DNA of 64,000 nucleotides from a virus: the IMG/VR virus record IMGVR_UViG_3300028197_001049, positions 1 through 64,000 of that record. One strand, 5' to 3'. The number at the start of each line of letters is the position of its first letter. Within the stretch, counting starts at the first letter, position 1. Positions 19,115 to 28,156 of this stretch are shown piece after piece. Position numbers and translations under genes: made by a program. The notes below the pieces were generated by a model. It ran no database searches. It saw only the letters and a list, made by a program, of their open reading frames with translations, and had not been told where the DNA came from.

Positions 19115-20778
19115 TATAAATGAGAACCCATGTAAGTAAACTCAGAAGATACATCACCATACTCATCTAAGAACCAACGATCTCCTTCTTTATCCACAAA
19201 ACTTTCTTGATCTTCTAGACCATCAGAAACAAAACCAAATGGTGCCATGTCTTGCTCAATCTGATTCTTCTGCTCATCATAGATTCTTTGACGGACATCA
19301 TTGTCTGTCATTTCTTTAAAGTAATCTTGTACCGCTAACCAAGCAAAGATTACTAGACACATTGCAAGGTCATCATGACATCCTTCTTCTGCTTCAAACG
19401 ATTCTCGTTTGGAAATAAATGTTGTTAGTTCTGCAATAGTCTCGTAGTCTGGAATTACAAGTTTATCATCTTCAATAAAAGTTTTTAAGTTTAGACATCC
19501 AATCTTTTTCACAGTCTTAGACATCTTGACACCGAGTTGTGTTTTCTTTCCAGAAAATCCTGTGCCAACAATCTGACCAGCACGTCCTCTCATGGCACAC
19601 ATAAGAATATGATCGTACTCAAGATCATAATGCATCATAGACGCTACCTGATCTCCAATATCATTAACTTCAGTTAGAATGTATGCTCTATTATATCCTC
19701 TGGCAATATCAACAATAATTGTAGGGAACATGATAGCTTTAATTTCATTGTTCCTATATCGTGCTACCAACCTGTAAGGGAACTTTGTAATGTCAAAAAC
19801 CAAAAATGCACTATAATCGCTACCCACACCACGGGCAACGTCAACAGTAATAATGTAATCGTGGTCCTTTTGCGGGTTTTCATATACTACTAAACCTTTA
19901 TTATTACTAGTAATAGGATCATCATACACCAGTGTTCGCAATTTACTTGCAGCAATTAATGTATCTACAGATCCCAGAAACTCACACTCAAATTCTTGAG
20001 TGAACTGTCGTTGAGAAGTGTTTGCAATAGTTTGTGCTTTCCAATTTGCATCTCTACCCGGAACTTGACTCCAATGTACTTCTGTAGTGATGTATTCGTT
20101 CTTACCTCTCTCAGCATCATGCCAGAGCTTGTAGAACATGTTCATCCCGTTAGGGGTAGATATGATAATAACCTTAGTAGACTTACCTGAGGAGATCGTA
20201 GGGTATACTGAGGAGAAAAACTGCTCGGCAATGTGAGTTGGAACGAATGCAAATTCGTCCAAGAAGATGATGTTGAATGACATACCTCGGACAGCAGAAC
20301 TAGAAGTAGATGCTGCCATGATCTTAGAACCATTCTCAAGTTCTAGAGATCCTTTATTCCACGACACAATACCTTGCTGCATCCACTTAGGAAGGTTTTC
20401 ATAAGCAAGTTGCAACCTGCCGAGAAGTTCTCTGGATGTGCTTAGTTTGTTTGCTAGAATACCGATGTTGACATTATCATTAAAGATACAATAATGCAGC
20501 AGGTAAGAAACCACAGTGGTACTCTTACCAGTCTGACGTGGTAGTTTGGCAATGTTAAAACGATTACTGTGGAACCTTTCAATCATTTCTTCTTGAAAGT
20601 CCCACATCTTAAATGGCACCAGACCCTCATCCAGTGACACAATTTTGATATAATTTATAGTAAAGTAGACGGGATCGTCAGCACATTTTAACCACTCCTG
20701 AACTTGATCAGGAGTGAAACTCATTTCCACATTCGCCGCCTTTAGATTAGGCGAACCTTTATAAACTTTATCAGCCAT
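19114..20778 (-). CDS. g17: terminase large subunit gp17
   Basis: PRQTGKS, IIFLDEFAF, ISTPNG, QEFECEF, VDVARG, HDDLAM. Confidence 0.98.
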   Translation of the reverse strand: MADKVYKGSPNLKAANVEMSFTPDQVQEWLKCADDPVYFTINYIKIVSLDEGLVPFKMWDFQEEMIERFHSNRFNIAKLPRQTGKSTTVVSYLLHYCIFNDNVNIGILANKLSTSRELLGRLQLAYENLPKWMQQGIVSWNKGSLELENGSKIMAASTSSSAVRGMSFNIIFLDEFAFVPTHIAEQFFSSVYPTISSGKSTKVIIISTPNGMNMFYKLWHDAERGKNEYITTEVHWSQVPGRDANWKAQTIANTSQRQFTQEFECEFLGSVDTLIAASKLRTLVYDDPITSNNKGLVVYENPQKDHDYIITVDVARGVGSDYSAFLVFDITKFPYRLVARYRNNEIKAIMFPTIIVDIARGYNRAYILTEVNDIGDQVASMMHYDLEYDHILMCAMRGRAGQIVGTGFSGKKTQLGVKMSKTVKKIGCLNLKTFIEDDKLVIPDYETIAELTTFISKRESFEAEEGCHDDLAMCLVIFAWLAVQDYFKEMTDNDVRQRIYDEQKNQIEQDMAPFGFVSDGLEDQESFVDKEGDRWFLDEYGDVSSEFTYMGSHL

Positions 20779-20781
20779 TTA

Positions 20782-21210
20782 TCAACAGTTCCAAGCTCTC
20801 AGTGATTTATTAATTCTTGAATCAGGATCTCTAGAAGTTTTCTTGGAAGTTAATTTCTTTTTCATTCCTTTCATTCTAGCGCAGAAGGATGCCCTCCGGG
20901 GATTTCCAACCTTTTTGCTTGGTGCTTTAAGGTCAGATCCTGGATTTTCCTTTTCATAAGATCTGCGTCCTTTTGCGTTAAGTCCTCCTGACTTACTTTT
21001 GCCTGACTTTTTTGTCCAGGCTGCTCCTTCTTGGGTGAGTTCAAATTCTTCTTTAGCAGTCCTCTCCGACTTTTTGAAAGCATCCTTGTCTGGATAATCG
21101 GAGGATCCAGGTTTAGCAGGTGCTTCTCCACGCTTCTTCTTAGCATGGATGTTGGCATAGAGTCCATTCTTCGCTTCGCTTAGTTCTCTAAATTCTTTAA
21201 ATGTCTTCAT
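20782..21210 (-). CDS. basic protein with T4 capsid-targeting-like N-terminus (probable internal head protein; DUF6321-like C-terminus)
   Basis: Starts MKTFKEFRELSE; Lys-rich; ends RRASFCARM...SRINKSLRAWNC; AATAAATA at 21235-21242. Confidence 0.6.
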   Translation of the reverse strand: MKTFKEFRELSEAKNGLYANIHAKKKRGEAPAKPGSSDYPDKDAFKKSERTAKEEFELTQEGAAWTKKSGKSKSGGLNAKGRRSYEKENPGSDLKAPSKKVGNPRRASFCARMKGMKKKLTSKKTSRDPDSRINKSLRAWNC

Positions 21211-21241
21211 GCCAGCAGGGAGGGTTTACTAGGGTATTTAT

Positions 21242-21490
21242 TCAATTAAGATGGGCAACAGATGATGCCCACACAGAAGCAGAAGAACCTGTAGTTGCTT
21301 CAAGAGTTTCTGCAGGAAGTTTCTTTACCTCAACACGCTCACCAGCGCCGATGTAAAAATTATTTCCATTGCTATTAACAATCAAGCAAGCAGCACTATT
21401 AGTATTTACGACTGAGACTAATGTTGCTGAAGATACATTGCTTGCTGCAGAGTCAAGATCAACAGCAACTGATACGGGTTTGATAATCAT
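21242..21490 (-). CDS. hypothetical late protein
   Basis: 82-aa beta-rich ORF preceded by GATAAATA (21509-21516). Confidence 0.6.
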   Translation of the reverse strand: MIIKPVSVAVDLDSAASNVSSATLVSVVNTNSAACLIVNSNGNNFYIGAGERVEVKKLPAETLEATTGSSASVWASSVAHLN

Positions 21491-21507
21491 TGTTCTATAA
21501 TTTTTAA

Positions 21508-21924
21508 TTATTTATCTTCTAATTTATTTTTTGCTTGCTTCAACATCTTTGCAAGATCAGCAGTGGATCCTACAAACATAGTATTGTTAACTGTTGTTGG
21601 TCCTTTCTTTTCTTCTTGACCTAGATCTTTCATCTTTTTCTGAAGATCAGATAATTTATCAGTGATGTCAGCAACGTTCTTAATGCCCTGGAAGGCGACT
21701 TCGTATGCTCTTGGGTGATTACTGCTCCTAGCAACGTCAAGCAACTCCTCAATGGCAACCTGACCCTTCTGAATGAGTTCATATAACTCACCACGGGCAT
21801 ACTTGTAATCTGTCTCTACATCAGCACTAGTAACATCAACCTTTTTGGGTTTGGGTTGCTCCTCTTCATCCATAGGAGTGATGTCAAAAACATCCTCCAT
21901 GTTCTGCTGAAATTTATTGTCCAT
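21508..21924 (-). CDS. g16: terminase small subunit gp16
   Basis: DYKYARGELY...HPRAYEV...NNTMFVGSTADL. Confidence 0.92.
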   Translation of the reverse strand: MDNKFQQNMEDVFDITPMDEEEQPKPKKVDVTSADVETDYKYARGELYELIQKGQVAIEELLDVARSSNHPRAYEVAFQGIKNVADITDKLSDLQKKMKDLGQEEKKGPTTVNNTMFVGSTADLAKMLKQAKNKLEDK

Positions 21925-22720
21925 GATATATCACTCCTTCATTAAATCCAAAATCATCATCTGGTTGTAACAGAGCGTCGTCAGCAGCATTAATAACACC
22001 ATCAGTGTTCTTATCTTCTAATGCTTTAGGTGTAACATTATACTCAAGTGCTCTTTGGTTGGTATTAAGATCACCAACAAGAGTAGTAGCAATAGCCTTT
22101 CTAATGATATCATTGGCAGCAACAGGACCATACATGTATGTCTTGACTGTAAATCTTAGGGTATAATAAATATATCTTCTTGTGGAATAATCACCTTCAT
22201 AATCATCAGTAAAATCAATATTTTCTAAGATGATGGGAAGGTCTCTTTTCTCATCCATTTCGGGAATAAGATTTACCGTCATTGTAAAATTAGGTTGAAA
22301 GAAAGGAAGAATTTGCTCAAGAATTTGAAGAGCATCATCTTGAGATTTTGAAATTACATTTAATTCAAATCCGATATTGTATGGAACAGGAAGATACTGC
22401 ACATTGGTTGTGGTTGTTTGTCCATCACCAACCTTCCTATTTTTTTGAATAGGCGGAACTTTTCTTCCAGCATCATAATTAATTCCAGTCATTTCAAATG
22501 ACATTCTAGGTACTGTAATAGTTACCTTCTTGTCTAGATCTGGCGACTGTGTTAGTCTTGCTAAAAACTTTTGGACTGGACCATATGCCAAGGGAACCTT
22601 CTGCTCTACGACAAGCTTGTCATTAGCATCAAAAGTTTTTAATTGAATATTATTAAAAAGAGTACCAAATGTAGTTACTGTCTTCCTAATAATTTTGTGA
22701 TAAAAATAATTTCCTAACAT
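21914..22720 (-). CDS. g15: tail sheath stabiliser/completion protein gp15
   Basis: YFYHKIIRK...FGTLFNNI...VPLAYGPVQKF...PRMSFE...QILEQILPFFQP. Confidence 0.95.
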   Translation of the reverse strand: MLGNYFYHKIIRKTVTTFGTLFNNIQLKTFDANDKLVVEQKVPLAYGPVQKFLARLTQSPDLDKKVTITVPRMSFEMTGINYDAGRKVPPIQKNRKVGDGQTTTTNVQYLPVPYNIGFELNVISKSQDDALQILEQILPFFQPNFTMTVNLIPEMDEKRDLPIILENIDFTDDYEGDYSTRRYIYYTLRFTVKTYMYGPVAANDIIRKAIATTLVGDLNTNQRALEYNVTPKALEDKNTDGVINAADDALLQPDDDFGFNEGVIYHGQ

Positions 22721-23874
22721 TAGAAGCTACCTGTAAAATTACCAAATTCGCCAAAGGGGTTTTTTTCTGTGAAGTCAAGAATGTCATCCGCTGCCGTTTC
22801 AAGTTCTCTATTTTCAGAAAATGAATCAGTCATATCAAGAGTATCAAAAGAACTTACAACCCACTTAGCACCAGAATCCTCACCACAGATCTGCTCATTA
22901 ATATCAAAAGTTCCGTTCATATATGCTGCTTTCAAAATCCTTGTGTCAGGATCAAACTCAGCAACTTTACCAACGGTATTACCTGGAGAGGATTCAATTA
23001 CAATAGTTGGATTCCAACCTGTGATATTTGTAATTTGACCAATGTCATCATATTCAACATCCCCATAAATGTATGGAGTTGTTGGTGAGTTAACTCTACT
23101 GATGACACCATTAGTAAGTTCAGTTGTTGAATTACCAATCAAACTATTAGTTGGCGAATACCAGAAGGCAGTAGGAGGTGTAGTATATTTACCACCCGCA
23201 CTGGTGATAGTAATAGCACCTAATTGTCCTTGAGCATTAGCTACCGTAGTTGCAGCAGCATCAAATCTAGTTCCAATAATTTTTTCATCTTGGGTAAAGT
23301 TACCAGAACCACCAAGACTGAGTAGAATTGGATATACTCCAGATTCCATTTCAGTATTATCAATTGTTGGCACACCAGTATCAAAGATACTGTCACCGTA
23401 CTCAAAGACTTCACATGTCATGGTATATGTATATAGACTTCCTAGTTGATAGAAAGGTTTTTGATTTTCTACATATTTGATTTCAAATACTGTCTCGTTT
23501 AGTGGAAACCAAATAAGGTCACCATCATTAGGTCTTCCAGATACAATTTTATTAGTAGAGACATCTACAAAATCTTTCCAACGTCTCCTTGATACTGTAA
23601 GTTGAATCTCGTCAGTAACTCTCATACCAAACTTTGATAGCATGTCTCCATTACCACCAAACTGATCAAAGCTTTCAAGATACATCTCAATAAGATAACT
23701 ATCCTTAAACTGCGAGTAGTAGATGTCATTCCATAATTTATCCTCATGGATTTGACGAGGAATGTAATAACATTCCAGACCATACATTTTGATCTGTTCG
23801 TCTACAAGATCCTGAACAAGACCTTGCTCACCTTTTGTTCCTTGTGTGAAATATAAATTTTTCATCTTACCCAA
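22720..23874 (-). CDS. g14: neck protein gp14 (with internal insertion)
   Basis: EQGLVQDLVDEQIKMYG...YYIPR...SKFG...RPNDGDLIWFP...PFYQLG...DFTEKNPFG. Confidence 0.93.
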   Translation of the reverse strand: MGKMKNLYFTQGTKGEQGLVQDLVDEQIKMYGLECYYIPRQIHEDKLWNDIYYSQFKDSYLIEMYLESFDQFGGNGDMLSKFGMRVTDEIQLTVSRRRWKDFVDVSTNKIVSGRPNDGDLIWFPLNETVFEIKYVENQKPFYQLGSLYTYTMTCEVFEYGDSIFDTGVPTIDNTEMESGVYPILLSLGGSGNFTQDEKIIGTRFDAAATTVANAQGQLGAITITSAGGKYTTPPTAFWYSPTNSLIGNSTTELTNGVISRVNSPTTPYIYGDVEYDDIGQITNITGWNPTIVIESSPGNTVGKVAEFDPDTRILKAAYMNGTFDINEQICGEDSGAKWVVSSFDTLDMTDSFSENRELETAADDILDFTEKNPFGEFGNFTGSF

Positions 23875-24661
23875 TCATATCTAGTGGTGGTAACTCTGCT
23901 GCTAATTTAAATTCACCAAGAATGGTTTCAATTTCTTCTTGTGCATCTTCATAGAACTCTCTACCATTCAAAGTTGTACCACCAGGAAGTGATACGTTCT
24001 TGAATTTAATTAGATTCTGACCCCACTGACGTTTGATCAGAGCGGTAAGATATCTCTTTAACCATACATCATTATAAATTTCTACTGCATTATTAGGATC
24101 AATCATTCTATAGCAGTCAAGAATTAAATGTTGTCCTGCAGTAATATTACCCCAGTCAGTATCAATGTATAATTTATTTTCTCTCTTATTAAATCTAATT
24201 GGTTTGAAGTTACCAATAACAAAATCAAGAGTTTCCAGATACTGCTTAACCATATAGTAGTTCAAGATTTCCATTGAACCAAAGTTATAGAAATCATTTA
24301 GAAACAACTGATACTTCATACTAAAAATATTTCCTGATGTCGCTGATGAACTATTGTCATAAGCATAGACTTGCGTTACACCAAGCACATGCTCGGGAAC
24401 AGTAATATAATTATTTTGCTCCTTAAAATCAGTACCAGCAATTGTACTGCTCGCTTTCGCGTCAGTAATCATTTGTTTAGTAATTTCTACTTTTAAAAAT
24501 GTTTTGATGCTTCCATCAAAATGACGCTCTTGGAAGAATTGAATAGCATCGTCCATGAGATCCTCAATCTGATCATCATCTACATTAATCTCTAGGACGG
24601 GAAAACCTAATTTCCTTAAGCAGTAGTCAATTAACTCCTGGCGTGTTGAGGGTCGTGCCAT
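23867..24661 (-). CDS. g13: neck protein gp13
   Basis: YCLRKLGFPVLEINV...HFDG...WLKRYLTALIKRQWGQNLIKF...LPGG. Confidence 0.95.
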   Translation of the reverse strand: MARPSTRQELIDYCLRKLGFPVLEINVDDDQIEDLMDDAIQFFQERHFDGSIKTFLKVEITKQMITDAKASSTIAGTDFKEQNNYITVPEHVLGVTQVYAYDNSSSATSGNIFSMKYQLFLNDFYNFGSMEILNYYMVKQYLETLDFVIGNFKPIRFNKRENKLYIDTDWGNITAGQHLILDCYRMIDPNNAVEIYNDVWLKRYLTALIKRQWGQNLIKFKNVSLPGGTTLNGREFYEDAQEEIETILGEFKLAAELPPLDMIG

Positions 24662-24665
24662 GAAT

Positions 24666-24699
24666 AAAAAAATACCCTAGTTTCCTAAAGGTATTTATA
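24666..24699 (-). terminator. terminator hairpin whose 5' arm overlaps the g13 late promoter
   Basis: Minus strand TATAAATACCTTTAG-GAAA-CTAGGGTATTTTTTT. Confidence 0.7.
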
Positions 24700-24701
24700 A
24701 C

Positions 24702-25325
24702 CTATACTCCTTCGCCAGTTTTCCAGAACATTGCTGTAGTATTAAATGAAATTACAATCTTATGTCGGTCACATTTTTGCTCAATGGTATCATGATGTAA
24801 ATTGGAATGAAATAACAGTAGTCTATTATCTTCACATTTTATTGGATACATGTTAGTGGAAAAATCATTAACATTATCTGGTTGTGCTACTGCACTAAAT
24901 TTATTAGGATCATAAAACTGTAACCAATTTTCTTCATTGGTTTGAACATAAAAAGCACCCGAAATAAAACTTCCTGGATGAGTATGGGGGAAAAGATAAT
25001 TTCCTTTCTCTCCAATGTTAAACCACATTTGAGATATTTTAATATTTCTGGCAATAAACTCGTTATACCCATACGCAAGAAGAAACTCATAGATGTGTTT
25101 TTCTACTTCTTTAGTCAGATACTTAAATGGCGGAATTCTATGGAGACTATTTTTTTCATGATGTGAAGAATGTACATTGAAATAATCATTTTGATTGAAT
25201 GCATTATCTTTCCATAAGGAATAAATTTCTTTTTTAAATTCTTCATTATAGTCAGAACAAACATCATCCGCAGCATATACTGTTTGCGGTAATATTGCGA
25301 TCAATTCACCTTTACTTGTTTTCAT
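24702..25325 (-). CDS. putative 2OG-Fe(II) oxygenase (TIGR02466-like)
   Basis: QMWFNI...PHTHPGSFISGAFYV...LLLFHSNLHHDT...KIVISFN. Confidence 0.82.
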   Translation of the reverse strand: MKTSKGELIAILPQTVYAADDVCSDYNEEFKKEIYSLWKDNAFNQNDYFNVHSSHHEKNSLHRIPPFKYLTKEVEKHIYEFLLAYGYNEFIARNIKISQMWFNIGEKGNYLFPHTHPGSFISGAFYVQTNEENWLQFYDPNKFSAVAQPDNVNDFSTNMYPIKCEDNRLLLFHSNLHHDTIEQKCDRHKIVISFNTTAMFWKTGEGV

Positions 25326-25612
25326 TCATTATCCTCATTATTATTAATCATATCATATTCTTCTTTATATTCAACTTCTTCCAGAAACCAATGTTTTGCA
25401 GATGCGAGGTTGTCAAAAACTTTTACTTGATCTTGAAACTCACACCAAAATAAAAGATTTTCTGGAATCTCTTTATTATCTACAGGTGGGAGATCTTCTT
25501 CTGGAGAACCTTCATCAATGAAAGCGTCAATAACCATGTGAGTTTTTTCACCCCATTTCTTTTCAAGTTCTTCAATAACTTGATATAGGGGGATATCCGT
25601 ATCAATGCTCAT
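25322..25612 (-). CDS. hypothetical acidic protein (96 aa)
   Basis: MSIDTDIPLY...; the longer start in the ORF track crosses the divergent promoter region and is not credible. Confidence 0.6.
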   Translation of the reverse strand: MSIDTDIPLYQVIEELEKKWGEKTHMVIDAFIDEGSPEEDLPPVDNKEIPENLLFWCEFQDQVKVFDNLASAKHWFLEEVEYKEEYDMINNNEDNE

Positions 25613-25622
25613 TTTAACTGGT

Positions 25623-25681
25623 AATAAATAAAACTGACACAATATATAGTCACTTGATTTGAGTGAAAAATGTGTTATAAT
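25623..25681 (+). promoter_or_regulatory. promoter region for the plus-strand cassette
   Basis: AATAAATA (25623-30), TTGATT-N16-TATAAT with TGn extension (25654-81), inverted repeat TCACT-N7-AGTGA (25650-66). Confidence 0.65.
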
Positions 25682-25704
25682 GTAGTGTATGTACGACAAA
25701 AACA

Positions 25705-26136
25705 ATGAGCATTCAAATTTTACTTCTTGAAACCGGCGAGTCTGTAATTGCAGATGTAAGAGAAGCACTTGATCCAGGCGAAAATAAATCTTTGGGGTAT
25801 TTGGTTGATCAACCCTATGAAGTAAGAGTATCAATGAATCAAAGAATTAATACTGAAGATATTGATGATGCGAATCTTGAAAATTCTTCTTCTGTTGAAT
25901 TTAGAGCGTGGGCACCATTATCTGCTGAAAGAACTTATCGTTTTACTGAGGATTTTGTTCGTTGTATCTATAAACCACATGAAGAAGTTGTGGGTCAATA
26001 TTTTGAGATTCTTCAAAAATGGCAAGCAGCAAATACAAAAACCGTTTATCCTGAGAAATCTTTAACTAATACATCACCTTTCATTGGAAATGAATCTGAA
26101 GATCCATCACAAGCATTAGTTTCAGAATCTAACTGA
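25705..26136 (+). CDS. Sm-like phage hypothetical protein
   Basis: IQILLLETGESVIADVRE...WAPLS...YKPHEEVVGQY; paralogous pattern to 1102..1392. Confidence 0.7.
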   Translation: MSIQILLLETGESVIADVREALDPGENKSLGYLVDQPYEVRVSMNQRINTEDIDDANLENSSSVEFRAWAPLSAERTYRFTEDFVRCIYKPHEEVVGQYFEILQKWQAANTKTVYPEKSLTNTSPFIGNESEDPSQALVSESN

Positions 26137-26147
26137 GGAATATAAAA

Positions 26148-26987
26148 ATGGCATTAATTGATACCATCAACATTTTTGATAACTTAAATAATCTTAGAGC
26201 AAATAACGAAAATTATGAAGTTGAAGACTACGACGATTATGTTGTAGTTGATAACTTTGCGTTTGATATTCAAAAGTTTGAATCATCGCTTTTAAAATTT
26301 CCATTTGATGTCGGTCATCAAGTTGCAGAAATTTTATATGAACATAGTGATGATAAACAAGAATTTAGAAGACCCGACCTGGGTGCAATTCAACTATATC
26401 CTAATCATTACTTTGATAACTACATCAGAAACATTCATGAGATTTTAGTTGATACTGAGTATGTTCCAACTACATTGGAAGGTCAATATTATAATCAGGA
26501 ATACTATCAATTTCTGACTACGACTGCTTTAATTAATGGTCATTTAATGTATGAGGGCATGATTATCAATGAAAATGCAAATTTTCCTTGCCCTGAAAGT
26601 GGAGAGTATACCGCTACTTTAATGTTTGACAACGATACTGAAGATCATAAAATTGGACTAAATTTCTGGAATTTCCAATATGAGGACAAATCATATAGTG
26701 GTACTAGTGAGATTATGCTAGAAGAAGAAGAACTCCAAAGAGAAATTCAAGATGTTTTAAACTTGAAGTGTATGGTAAATAATGATCTCGTTAAATATGA
26801 AGAAGTGAAAGACCATCCTATGTTTAAAAAAGCTCATTATATTCCATCTAAAAGAAACCGACTTGTTATCTGGAAAAGTGATAAATTCACTACCCCACAA
26901 TTTACAGAAAATGAAAGGTATACTTTTACTTGTTCTTTTGCAACTCCCCAATGTCAGCAGCAACAACAACAGCATTACGAAGAATAA
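26148..26987 (+). CDS. 2OG-oxygenase-fold (DUF6445-like) protein, apparently lacking metal ligands
   Basis: VVVDNF...GLNFW...KRNRLVIWKS...ERYT; GAGGA SD; the expected PHxD reads PCPE. Confidence 0.55.
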   Translation: MALIDTINIFDNLNNLRANNENYEVEDYDDYVVVDNFAFDIQKFESSLLKFPFDVGHQVAEILYEHSDDKQEFRRPDLGAIQLYPNHYFDNYIRNIHEILVDTEYVPTTLEGQYYNQEYYQFLTTTALINGHLMYEGMIINENANFPCPESGEYTATLMFDNDTEDHKIGLNFWNFQYEDKSYSGTSEIMLEEEELQREIQDVLNLKCMVNNDLVKYEEVKDHPMFKKAHYIPSKRNRLVIWKSDKFTTPQFTENERYTFTCSFATPQCQQQQQQHYEE

Positions 26988-27796
26988 CCCTAGATAAATT
27001 TTCTAGATATACTTCTAAAGAGTTAGAAGAGATATGTGAATTTAATCCTGATATGGAAGTAGAACTTCATAAACATGAAGGAGGAAAATATCTTAGAATA
27101 AAAAATGTTTTGAAAAGACCTGATGATCTTGCAGAGTTTTGTTCAAAATTTCCATGTCAGGACAGAAATAAATCAATTGAACTTGGTCAATCATCTGCGG
27201 TAAAAAGTAAAGCTCCAGGGTTTCAACAACCAATTGATGACATTTACCTGACTAAATTGAATAGTCAAGTTGCTAAAGTTGGAAGGGATAATAAACTTTT
27301 TAAGTATAGTTTAAATGATATTAGATTTAGAAACTATACTAATTGCTGCTACCCTAGCATGAAATCAATTGGCAAGAATTATATGCCGCATGTTGATTAT
27401 TTTTCAATTGCTGCAAATTTTTACCTGACTGATGTAAAAAATACAGGAACTTCTTTTTATAAAATTAATACTAAAACAAATCCAATTTATACTGATGATG
27501 ATCTTAGCAGAAGATTAAACGAACCTGATATTAAAGAAGTATATGATAAAATTATTTCTAGTAAATCATTTCCACCCTCATGTTTAACTCAGGAAAAATA
27601 TGATGAACTTATGCTTGAAGATGATGTAGTTGAAGACTGGGTTCACTGGAGTGGTAATGATATTTGGTCTAGATATCTTTACATCCCTGCTGAATATAAT
27701 TCTTGTTTAATGTATCGCGGCAAAATTTGGCATACAATTACATATGATCCTACAGTTGAAGATGTTAGATATTCTTTAGTTTCTGTAATTAGATAA
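26951..27796 (+). CDS. 2OG-Fe(II) oxygenase-like (DUF6445-like) protein
   Basis: IKNVLKRPD...PG...MPHVD...GTSFY...YNSCLMYRGKIWH...RYS; start uncertain (ATG 26951 or 27053). Confidence 0.7.
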   Translation: MSAATTTALRRITLDKFSRYTSKELEEICEFNPDMEVELHKHEGGKYLRIKNVLKRPDDLAEFCSKFPCQDRNKSIELGQSSAVKSKAPGFQQPIDDIYLTKLNSQVAKVGRDNKLFKYSLNDIRFRNYTNCCYPSMKSIGKNYMPHVDYFSIAANFYLTDVKNTGTSFYKINTKTNPIYTDDDLSRRLNEPDIKEVYDKIISSKSFPPSCLTQEKYDELMLEDDVVEDWVHWSGNDIWSRYLYIPAEYNSCLMYRGKIWHTITYDPTVEDVRYSLVSVIR

Positions 27797-27832
27797 TAAA
27801 AAAGGGAGGTCGTAAGACCCCCCTCTTTTTTT
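27797..27832. terminator. bidirectional intrinsic terminator between convergent units
   Basis: A7-GGGAGGTC-GTAA-GACCCCCC-TCT7. Confidence 0.85.
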
Positions 27833-27844
27833 ATGAATCTGATA

Positions 27845-28138
27845 TCAGACCCATTCACCTCTATTCAATTTGTTACCTGGACCTGATGCGATACCATTCC
27901 AAAGTTCAAGAAGTTTTGATACCTGAACTTTATTATGAAGATGGGTTACATCATCTCTCCAACCTGAACGCATTTGGAGTGCATATTCAACTGCATCCAA
28001 ATACTTAGTTTTAGCAGCTTCTGCAGCTGCCTCATCTTCTATATCTCTAAAAGTCCAATCTACTTGATTGAGAAGGGACTCAAGTCCCGCAAAAGTGCGG
28101 GACTGATCTGTGATTGCATTAAGAATACGATCAGCCAT
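27845..28138 (-). CDS. hypothetical protein downstream of the fibre gene (possible chaperone)
   Basis: 97-aa helical ORF with AGGAG SD; function inferred only from position. Confidence 0.6.
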   Translation of the reverse strand: MADRILNAITDQSRTFAGLESLLNQVDWTFRDIEDEAAAEAAKTKYLDAVEYALQMRSGWRDDVTHLHNKVQVSKLLELWNGIASGPGNKLNRGEWV

Positions 28139-28156
28139 TGTAGTGTTTCTCCTAAA

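Noticed and set aside
1855-20778. Introns or inteins in g44, g46, uvsW, g20 and g17
   Set aside because: ORFs are uninterrupted and of ordinary length; no intein splice motifs noticed
778-23038. Plus-strand ORFs of 60-120 aa opposite core genes
   Set aside because: Antisense shadows of conserved minus-strand genes with no independent signals
25613-25834. N-terminal extension of the 170-aa ORF in the track
   Set aside because: Crosses the divergent promoter region and overlaps the plus-strand gene; ATG at 25612 is more plausible
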